From contig CM052816.1 of NCBI GenBank assembly GCA_028534125.1, forward strand, positions 12,092,001-12,156,000: a stretch of 64,000 bases of DNA, read 5' to 3'. This document shows positions 53,539-64,000 of the stretch, piece by piece (position 1 is the first letter of the stretch; every line of letters begins with the position of its first letter). The translations under genes and the position numbers were made by a program. The stretch comes from Lama glama (taxonomy: Eukaryota). The notes beneath the pieces are model-generated. The model saw nothing but the letters and a program-made list of their open reading frames with translations. It ran no database searches and was not told the origin of the DNA.

Positions 53539-54369
53539 TCTGTGACTCACATTGTGTGGGCTGTCTCTACCAGGACAGCATGAAGAAGCCCTAACGCAGT
53601 CCCCACCCCAGTGTTCTACATCCCACCCCCAACTCCACAGTCCTGGGTCTATGTGGACACACAAAACGTCCCTAGTGCAATGAGGACAAAGTATAAGGAG
53701 GGCACTGTTTATGTCCCACCCCAGGCCTCGTGGTGTGAATTATCTGTTCGCAGCCAGTAAGTTCCAAAACGTCCTTTGAGCAGTCAACCTTACGTCGAAC
53801 CTGTTCACCCGTTGCACAAATTAACCCGAGAGCAATTCTCTAGTTGTCCTTCTGTGCTGATGAGATGTAATACGGAGTTCAATCATACAAGTCAACTACG
53901 ATAAAATTACAGCAATAGCCACAAGCAGGTAGGATGAAAACCAGTTTGGAGTCTAGTATATCTGGCCACTCTGAAACCTACAAAGAAAGCTCAAGACCAA
54001 TTCTTCACTCGAAGAGCTTACCATCACCTTGCAGAGAAATTGCTAACACCCAGAAATGATTTGAAGTGATTAGGTACAAAACTCCTTGCACAGAGAATGA
54101 TTGCTAAGTTTTGAGCCTCTTGGCTTCCAACTACAACTTCCTAAAAGTACACCAAATGTCTTTTGTAATGCCACTCTTCCCCCTTCTAAACCAGATTTTT
54201 TAAAATCAATGGTGGTAAAACTTTCTTGCAGCTAAATGATTCGCTTGAAGAAAGACATACGACTATTCGAACCAATGAGGTAAGAGACATTTGTTTCTGG
54301 AGAGAAAAGTATCTTCTCTACCTTACAGAAACAATGATAAGAAACCTTCCTTCTTACAGGAATTTACTG

Positions 54370-54655
54370 ATTTAGGTGCTTTGAATGTGTAGTTCCATCT
54401 TGCTACCATTAGAGAGACTGGAACTTCCGGGGGCCATTTTTATGAGGCCTGAGTATAATAAAGCATATGCAAAAAACAGAGTCACTTATAACACAGCCAG
54501 GCTTTCGGTGGCGTGGTTTGAACTTCTGGATCAAACTTTAGCCAAAGCCTCTGATTTTTTTTTTTTCCTACATGAGGCAACAAATTTTCTTTGTTGATCA
54601 AACCAGTTTAAAATGGGTAATAATTTGTCACTTGCAAAACAAAGACTAATGACAG
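54370..54655 (+). mobile_element. Old MaLR LTR 3' part
   Basis: 'ccatcttgctaccat','tggtttgaacttctggatcaa','tgtcacttgcaa...ctaatgaca'. Confidence 0.6.
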
Positions 54656-56599
54656 ATATATCTTGTATCTATTTGTGTTTCAATTTATACACCCTAGGAA
54701 AAAAATGCACAAGGAGGTCTACTAAAGTACACAGAATACAAAACTGAAACATATGTTAGAACTGAATGATAAAGAAAAGGTGGGGTGTGGGGAGGGCGGT
54801 GTGTGTGTATAGAAGGAGAAGGAGAAATATTCGGATATGATATGGAACCAGAAATGAAACTCAGATAAAAATGCTTTCTATGAAGTCTTTACCGTTGTTC
54901 TGGGTGCTCAGACATTTGTTATAAGCTTCCTAGCATGTAATTCAAAGGAAACAGCTTGTTCACTTACCCAATTCACTGTGTCTTTCAGCTAAATTCCAAG
55001 AAATTGCTCAGGAGAACCACAGTTATAAAAATCTAAAAGTGGAGGTTAATAGAAAGGAGAGGGATTACTTTCGGGTGGAGCAGTTAAGGAGAGTATTGTA
55101 TAGGAGGTCAGATTTGAGCTAAGCCGCGAAGATGGGGTAGCATGTGTCTAGAGAAGGGACATTCCACAAAGGAGAAACAGCATGAGCAAGTTTATACCTG
55201 AAGTGAACTTCTGCAGAGCACTGTCATGAGATGAGCAAGGATGAAGTTAAGAAACGCTGTGGTGAGAAGGAATCGATGAATATTTTAGAACACAGGATCA
55301 AAGTGTGAGGTACTACCGAAAATATACTATTTAGGTATTTTCTCAAGCTTATCAAGTACTTAAATTTCTTGGATTAAAATATATCCATGACAACAAGTTT
55401 GGCTTGATGAAAAATGGAAAGTCTACAAATAACCCTGACAGAAAATAAAACTGAGAGTAAACAAGCTCCTTTGCAAAAAATAAACAACATATTGAGCTTA
55501 ATCCTCCTGTTGAGTAAATTAGTCCTTAGGAGAAATTTAGGTAATGTTCACTCCCTAACCCTGAGAGCTAAACTCTTAATTAAAATTCTAATTCACACCC
55601 TGTCATAATTATAAATCAGAGATTCAGTGTTGTTTTCTTACTCTAGTAGGATGGAGAGTGAAAAGGCAGTAATAGGACTACATGTTTACATATGATAAAC
55701 CCTTATCGTCGTCATTCTAACTAGAGCGATCAACTAACTGGCCTTGTCACATACTTAAATTGCAATACCCATAAATCATTCAGAAATCATGAATTATCAG
55801 TGGTCAGTGTGTAAGAGGCACCCATTGAATGCTTGTGGATTCAATTATATTTTGACATAATGATCACACTAGCTCTGTGACCCTGAGCAAGTGAATTAAC
55901 CTCCCTGAGCATTGGGCCCCTCATCTCCAAAATAGGTGCAATAGTTTGGGGTTTATAAGTATTATATGAGAAATATACATAGTAAATGCCTAGTAGGAAA
56001 AACTATCATTTGAGAGACTACTGTGGGCCAAAATTCTAAGGATGTTATAAGAATTAATTTCTCATTAAAACCTGATAGAGATTTATTCCTCTCTACAGAT
56101 GAGTACTCTCAGACACAGAGAGATTTTATCAACTTACCCAATATCATCATTTAAAAAAATAATCCATATAGTATATATTACTTCTCTATTTAACAGATCA
56201 TTCTATTACCACTAGCTTGCCAAACTAATAAAACTGATTTTACCATTATTTCTAAGGAACCAGAAAGTATTTTACATTAAAAGAAAATCATTGGCCCTTG
56301 GAGAGCTTTTTGAGGTGGCTGAGGGCATATATTATTGTCTTTGTTATACAGACAGGTATAAGCAAGTGACAGTGAAACGTATTATATTAAATCAACAGTT
56401 TATTACAGAAGAAATTATCTTTAACCATTATCTTTTTCACTGGTTCTCAAATTTTGGTACATATTTCTGTGAATTATCCGAGGAACTTGTTAAAAATACA
56501 GACAACTGTCCTAACCCTCAAGGATTCTGAGGTGGAGAGAGGTCCAGGTCCATTTTAACAGGCACTAAGGGAAATTCTGATATAAGATGCCCACTAGCT

Positions 56600-57170
56600 A
56601 CATTTTATGAAAAATTGATCTGGAGTTCAGTAATCCCTTGAAGTCAGGAGCTACACATGCATGCAACACAAAAGAACTGACTGGAAGGGGGAAAAAAGAA
56701 GAGAAAGAAAGGAGTGGAGTATCTACCCCTCTTGCCTCCACAGCAAGGTCACAAATACTAGTAGGAATCCATCCTCCCCTCACCCTTGGTCCATGATTCT
56801 GGGTAGCACCCCACCCCACCTCCAGAGTGACCGTGTGATTTAAGTCCCAGCCCATCAGCACACCAGCATACTGCTGTTCACTATGACAGGCTCAGGATGG
56901 CCAAAGCAGGTCCAATCAGAAATTCACAGAACTACTAATGTTACAGAAAAACGGTCTGTCTCCTGCTGCAGTGAGAGTCTTATGGTACTACAAATGTCTT
57001 GTCGCTTCTTAGACAAAGAGAATGAAACTAACACGGCAGGATTCAAGTCCTGAAGACACCGTTTGAGTTGTGAAGCTAGCCATGCCAAGGCACGATCACC
57101 TCAGGACTGCAGTCTTGAGAGCTAGTAAATTCACATTTTGATTTCAGACAGTTTCACTTGCAACCCATAG
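56600..57170 (+). mobile_element. Old MaLR LTR (degenerate)
   Basis: 'ccaatcaga','gtcctgaagacaccgtttgag','aaattc...cacttgcaacc'. Confidence 0.5.
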
Positions 57171-57339
57171 AGATACAAATTATTTTTATAAAAAATTGTG
57201 GACAGGACAGACAGAAATTCACCGGGTGGCAGCTTTTAAAGAGAGCCTCCTACCATTGCCTTAAAACAGCCTTCAGAGGTCTTACAAAATACTCATAGTA
57301 ATTCAGGGCATTTTTAAAAAACTATGATTATAACTCCCT

Positions 57340-57555
57340 GAACTTACTATGTTAAATGTTATGCTAAGTACTACCCTCTTTAGTCCTTAGAGCCACCTTC
57401 TGTGGTAGATACTTTTATTGTCCCAATTTTGCATAGAAGAAAAGTGAGTTTTAGAAATATTAAGAAACTTGTCCAAGATCATCCAGTTTGTAAATGGCTG
57501 AGTTGAGATTGAAGCCCTGGCTGCCTGACTTTAAAGACTGAGATCTTAAACACTG
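57340..57555 (-). mobile_element. MIR SINE
   Basis: 'cttactatgt...attgtcccaattttgc...aacttgtccaagatca...gtaaatggc'. Confidence 0.75.
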
Positions 57556-58510
57556 CAGAAGATCATCTCTGAAATATTTGGTTGTCCTGAGTTGCTATAA
57601 TTAGGTTTGCTCAGAAAGTAAAATACCTTGAGGAATTCACTTTTCTGGACTTTAGATCCACACCTTTATACTACATTAAACCCATCTTACTTGTGGTTGG
57701 CAGGTCATTCACACCTCTTTCTTCCTGTTTTCTGGTGCTTTCACATGTTTTGTGGGAAACCTGGATCCTGTTACCTGCAGAGTGGAGGGGATGCAAAAGA
57801 ATGGCAGTGGGAAGAAAGGAGATGCCACGTCCATGTATTTCGAATGACATCATCCCTTCAGCTTTTAACTGCTCACTGGATTGATGGTCTTCCTCCTTTT
57901 TAATTCATTTGTTATCACCTGACTAATACATGTTTCGATATACATTCAAGGCTCAATTCAACTAGATAGCAAACTTGCAAGCCAACAGAGCTCATGATTA
58001 GGGAAGGCTGGTTTGATACGGAGGGACGTGGCTTGCTGATTCTCTGGATGTAAATGCAACATCTGTTTATGATAACGCTTCCTACCTCTTGCAGCAGAAC
58101 CATTTGCTGCTACAATCTGGTAGTTTTAGCCTGCATTTAGGTTGTTAAAAAGGGAATTCTTTTTTTTTTTTTTTTGTCATCCAGGCAGTATTTTGGACTA
58201 GTCAGTATTCTTGTTCGCATCTTCAAATATGACACAATCTTAGAATGTCACTGTGTTTTCGATCATGGAAGTGATGATGATAAATAATTGCTTAAATGAC
58301 AAACATTTGCTTGTGTGCTTTACATGTCTTATCTCATTCATAACAGGTTAACAGGAAAAATACTACTGATTCCATTTGACAGTTCAAGAAATAGGGGCTC
58401 GGAGTGGTTTATGACTTGTCAATTCACACGGAGGCAGTGAGTTAGTTGTGAGCTTGGATCAAATCCATGCCTGGCTCTTAAAACTTCTTTCCCCAAAATG
58501 GCTGTACCAC

Positions 58511-61115
58511 TTCATTTACTTTCTGATGTACAATTGATAACAACATTAGTTTCAGGTGTATAGCATAATAACTCGATGTTGGTATACACTACAAAGTGAT
58601 CAGCACAGTAGGTCTGGTTACCATCCACTGAGATACAACAGACCCTGAGATACAATCGACCCCATTCACCCATTTCTACCCACCTCCTATCACACCCTTC
58701 TCCTCTGGTACCCACCAACATGTTCTCTGTATCTCTGCATTCGGTACTGTTTCAGTTTGTTCATTTGTTTATTAGATTCCGCATATAAGTGAAAGAATGT
58801 GGTATTTGTCTTTGTCTTTGACTTAATTCATTTAGTATAGTACCCCCAAGGTCCATCCACATTGCTGCAAATGGGGAGATTTCCTTCTTCATTTATGACT
58901 GAATAGTAGTCGTGTGTGTGTGTGTGTCTGTGTGTATCACATCTTTATCCATTCATCCATCAATGGGCAATTAGGTTATTTCCATATCTTGGCTATTGTA
59001 AATACTGCTGTAGTGAACACAGAATGCCGATACCGCTTCAAGACAGTACTTTCATTTCCCTCAGATGTATACTTAGAGACGTGGAATAGGTAGATCATCT
59101 GGTAGGTCTTTTTTTTTTTTTTTTTTTGGAAAATCTCCAAACTGTTTTCCATAGTAGCTGCACCAATTTACACTCCCACCAACAGGGTACGAGGGTTCCT
59201 TCCTCTTTTCGTCCTCTCCAACATTTATTTCTGCTTTTTTGATAATAACCATTCTAACAGATGTCAAGTAATATCTCATCGTGGTTTGGATTTGCATTTT
59301 CCCTGATGATTAGTGATGTTGAGCACATTTTCATGTATCTGTTGGCCATCTGTATGTCTTCCTTGTAAAAATGTCTGTTCAGATACTTGATCATTTTTTT
59401 AATTCAGATTTGTGTTTTTTGCTATTGAGCTGCTTTTGTTCTTTACATATTTGGGGTTTTAACTCTCTAGTCGATATAAGATTTGCAAGTATTTCCTGAT
59501 ACTCAGTATGATGCCTTCTCAGTTTTGCTGGTTCCCTCTGCTGCACAAAAGCTTTTATTTTTTAAATTTTTTTCAGTTTGGGAATGTTATTCATTCCCAG
59601 GATTCCTGTATAGTATTGTAAGAGAGTAAATGATACATCAGTCTCCCAATACTAATTTAACATCATACCCCTCTGTTTCTCTCAAATCTTTTGTGGAGTG
59701 GGGATCTTTATTGCCTGAGGAGTTGGCCATGAGTTCAAAGTCTCAAGTGAAGAGAATCAGCATCTCTAACACTTGATTGAGGGAGGCGTATTGAACAAAT
59801 CTTGCTGAACTTTAGCATAGGAACTGGGTAGTTTGGTGTAGGCCCACCTGTTTATTTTTGCTTTTGAAGTCAGGTCTAAAAACTGAATGCCAAGATTGAT
59901 CTCAAGGAGCTTACAGACTTTTTTCTTTTAGGAGTTTTAGGGATTCAGGTCTTATATCCAAGTATTTAGTCAGTTTTGAGTTATTTATTTATTTATATTC
60001 ATTTGGATTTATTTTCCCTGTATGATGTAAGATAGTGATCCAGCTTCATTCTTTCACATGCGGCTGTCCAGTTTTCCCAACACCATTTACTGAAAATACT
60101 GTCTTACCCTGTTGCATATTCTTGGCTCCTTGGTCCAATATAAATTACCATATATGTGTGGGTTTATTTCTGGACTCTCTATTCTGTTCCAAAATTCTAG
60201 GATTATTTGTTCTAGTTTTGTGAAAAATGTCATGGGTATTTTAGTAGGGATTGCATTAATTCTGCAGATTGCCTTGGGTAGCACAGGAATTTTAAAATAC
60301 AGATTCTTTCAATCTAGGAGCATGGACTATGTTTCTATTTATTTGTGTCTTCGATTTCTTTCATCTGTCTTATAGTTTGTAGTGCACATATCTTTAATCT
60401 CCTTGGTTAAGTTTATTCCTAGGTATTTATTCCTCTGATGCAACTGTAAATGGGATATCCGCTCTGATAGTTCATTATCAGTGTATAGACATGCAACAGA
60501 TTTCTGCATACTGATTTTATATCCTGCAACTTTACTGAGTTTATTAGTTTTAACAGTATTTTTATGTCATCATTAAGGTTTTCTATATATAGTAACACAT
60601 CATCTGCAAATAGTGACAGTTTTACATATTCTTTTCCATTTTATATGCCTTTTATATTTCTTGCCTCCTTGCTGTGGCTAGGATTGCCAATACTATGTTG
60701 AATGAAAGTGGGAAGAGTGAGGACCTTTATCTTGCTTCTGAGCTTAAAGGAAAAGCTTTTAGCTTTTCACTGTTGAGTATGATGTTATCTGTGGGTTTAT
60801 CATGTAAAACCATTACTATGTGGAGGTACATTACCTTTATACCCAATTTGTTGAGAGATTTTATCATAAATGCATGCTGAATTTGTGAAATAGTTTTTCT
60901 TCATCTATTGAAATGATTTTTATTCGTCATTTTGTTACTGTAACGTATCACATCAATTTGCAGATGTTGAACTATCCTTGTACCCCTAGAACAAATCCCA
61001 GTAGATCACAGTGAATGCTCTTTTTTAATGTATTGATGAATTTGGTTTGCTAATGTTTGATTGAGGTTTTTTGCATCTGTGTTGATCCGTGATATTCACC
61101 TGTATGTAATTTTGC

Positions 61116-61146
<31 letters not shown>

Positions 61147-62087
61147 TTCAGGGTAACAATGGCCTCATAAAATGAGTCTGGAAGCATTTTCTCCTCTTCA
61201 ATACTTTGGAAGAGTATGACAAGTACAGGTATTGGTTCTTCTTTATATGTTTTGTAAAATTCACCAGTGAAGTTGTCTAGCCTGGATTTTTTTTTTTTTT
61301 AGTGATTCAATCTCCTTGCTATTAATCATTCTATTCACTTTTTCTTTCTTCATGATTTAAATTTGGAAGATTTTATATTTTTAGGAATTTATCCATTTCT
61401 TCTAAGCTTTCCAGTTTGTTGGCATATAATTGATCAGAGTAGTCTCTTACGATCTTTTATATTTTTGTAGTATCAGTTGTAATTTCTCCTCTTTCATTTC
61501 TGGTTTTATCTATTTGAGTGTTCCTTTTTTTTTTTTTCCTAGTGGGTCTAGCAAAAGACTTGTCAGTTTTGTTTATCTTTTCAATGAAACAGCTCTTAAT
61601 TTCATTGATCTGTTCCATGATCATCTTATTAGTCTATTTCATTTATTTTTTTACTGATCTTTATTTCCTATTTTCTACTAAATTTGGGTTTTGTTTGTTC
61701 TTTTTCTAGTTCCTCTGAGTGTGGATTTAGATTGCTTTTTAAGATTTCTCTTGTTTCTTCAGGTAGGCACACATTGCTATAAACTACTCTCTTATAATTG
61801 CTTTGGCTGTATCCCAATGGAATGTTGTATTTCCATTTTCATTTGCTTCAGGGTATCTATCTATTGTGGGTTGCCAGGCTGGAGGTGGGGATTTTGGTGA
61901 GGCTGCATCTCTGTCCCTCCTCCCCATCTTAATGTGGCCCTTTTATCCTTTGCTGTGGAGGAGCTGTTCAGCTGGCTATAGGTTCTTTTTCAGTGCTAAC
62001 TGTGCACTATGTAGCTGTGGGTTTGGGGTGGCCACAGGAAGAAGGGAGTTCAGGATCTTCCTACACCAACATCTTGGATGGCCTCCC
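58511..62087 (-). mobile_element. Older L1 with 3' UTR, much of ORF2 and the extreme 5' end; most of the 5' UTR, ORF1 and EN are missing
   Basis: Minus ORF peptides [21 protein letters not shown] and [25 protein letters not shown]; 3' end 'ttagtttcaggtgta'; 61860-62087 reads on the minus strand 'gggaggccatccaagatgttggtgtaggaagatcctgaactc' (L1 5' terminus). Confidence 0.9.
61116..61143. repeat. (TG)n microsatellite inside L1
   Basis: GT run. Confidence 0.95.
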
Positions 62088-62129
62088 TGACACTTTAACT
62101 CTTAATTATCATATTTGATGATCTAGTCC

Positions 62130-62300
62130 AGTTTACTGCATATCAGAATCACCTAAAGGGGCTGTTAAAACATGAACTGCTGAGCCTACCCAGAGTTTGC
62201 TATAGTAGGCATGGGGTATGCTGTGAAAACCTGCATTTCAGACAAGTTCCCAGGTGGTGCTGAGGCTGCCTATCTGAGCTCCATAGTTTGAGAACTACTG
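62130..62300. mobile_element. MER5A-like hAT relic
   Basis: 'gcatatcagaatcacct...tgttaaaaca','ctgcatttc..acaagttcccaggtg','tttgagaactactg'. Confidence 0.85.
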
Positions 62301-64000
62301 AACTGGTCCAACTGCCTCACTTTAGAACTATAAAATCAAAACTCAACAAAGGAAAGGATCTGATCAAGATCACAGCATGGATTGATGCCAAGCAAAATAT
62401 GAATCTAGGTCTCTTGGTGCCCAAGTAAATGTCTTCTTAAATATGAGGAAGCACCTATCCTCTCTCCTTTTTACACCTACAATAAAGGGATATAATATTT
62501 GGCTGAAGTTACAAATAACAACTCCTCTGACATGTCCTGATACCCCTAGTTGACAGGTGTTCCTAGATTAAAATTAATTAACCTTCTTGAGTTTTAAATT
62601 CCTATAAATTTGGGGTAACCAACTCCTACTTTGCAACTTTGTCAGAAGGACTGGATGTACTTAGGAATTTCCCCCACGGGAATACAAGCTCCATGAGGGC
62701 CAGCATTTTTCTACTCTTTACTTCCTGTCCATTACCACATTCAGGAATACTTTCTCACACAAATTAGTTACAATGTTTGAATGAATAAAAACAAATGCTC
62801 AGTACATTGTAGGAACTCAATAAATGGTGGCTTTATTGCTATTTTAACATCATCACCACCACCACCATCCTCACCATCATTGGTTTATGGTTTCCTGATT
62901 CATTTCCTATCCTATTCTCTCCCTTTCAGATTTTTGTTTTTTTTTTTTTACACTCTCTTCACCTGCCAAGCTCCACTGTATTTTCTTGTAATGATGTTTC
63001 CATTTTATGGCTTTTGAAAAACAGGCCAGATGTTAATTTTGTTGTTGTGTTATTCTTTCAGCAAATTCACAGCAGCGCCATTGATATCCTGTTTTCAAAG
63101 GAGGGGCTTTAAATTACTGCAAACATCCTGCCTCAGCTGCCTTTTAAATCTTTTCCAGCTTTGAAGGGAGGATGATCTTTAGTCATCTGGGACTTATTTT
63201 AACTCTTAGGATAACAGCGAGACATCTTCTGTTGCAGTGTTGGAAGCAGATCTCCCACTGCCCCACAAAGTTCTCTCTCACCTCAATAAACAATCAAGTA
63301 GATAGGAAAGAGACTGCGCTGAATTTATTTTATAGTCCATTCTTCATGCCTAGGATGGTCTGGCACTGAGTAACCACGCTCCTTGTGAAAGGAAGCATCC
63401 AGGTGCACTGATATAAAATACAGCTTTGAGCAGAGAACAGTTTTTGTAGGAAAACAGTGACAGAGTGGAGAAATCATCTTGCTAGATGCAGACCCTAGAT
63501 TCATTAAGAGAGCATTTAAAAAATCCTGAGCCACAGATACCTTTCACAACTATTCAAATCAGACTCTCTGAGGTTTGGATTTCCCTCCAGTTCTAAAAAG
63601 CTCACGGACCAGTGCAGAGTGTTTCAGAAGTGTTTCATGGATCCTCAACATAGTGAAAAAAATAAGCTCAAAGTAGCAGGATTTTCATAATGTAAATTCG
63701 ATCCTTTAATAAAGACTGTCTTCTATGCCAAGAGCAGCCATTTTCCCTTGCAGGGCTTAAAAAAATCATTAACCACCATTAAATAAATAAAATGTTACTA
63801 CAACTCAACTTGGGGCAGGCTACATAACCTGAGAAGAAGCAAGATGGTAATCAAAGTCTCTGATTTAGAATATCTGCCCTTATGGCTTCAATCTGGGGCT
63901 CACATTTTGGTATCAGTGCTGTTTCCCATTTGTAACAGAGGCACATGACAATCTCAGCATGTACTGCCTGTGTCTCCCTGTCAGCCATCAGGAGGGCGTC

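Overview
Mammalian non-coding DNA (intronic or intergenic), AT-rich and dominated by interspersed repeats: L1, L2, L3/CR1, MIR, MaLR/ERV LTRs and hAT DNA-transposon relics. Two assembly gaps lie at 31271-31370 and 42630-43129. The young L1 3' ends, and no recognisable Alu/B1/Bov-tA/PRE/SINEC SINE, suggest a cetartiodactyl, most likely a camelid (inference). No intact protein-coding gene or RNA gene was recognised. Main features: (1) a decayed, 5'-truncated, intronless NAMPT processed pseudogene (35290-37592) with a 17-bp target-site duplication (TSD), inserted in an old L1 and largely missed by the ORF track; (2) a ~3.1-kb TSD-flanked L1 derivative (29784-32888) with CpG-rich promoter, ORF1 and 3' tail but lacking the ORF2 endonuclease/RT (HAL1/'half-L1'-like), nested in another L1 tail inside a MER5; (3) an older minus-strand L1 whose 5' tip joins directly to mid-ORF2 and which carries an unexplained ~250-270-bp insert; (4) repeat-free islands with clustered developmental TF motifs. 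Repeat family names are from recall of consensus sequences and need RepeatMasker/Dfam confirmation.
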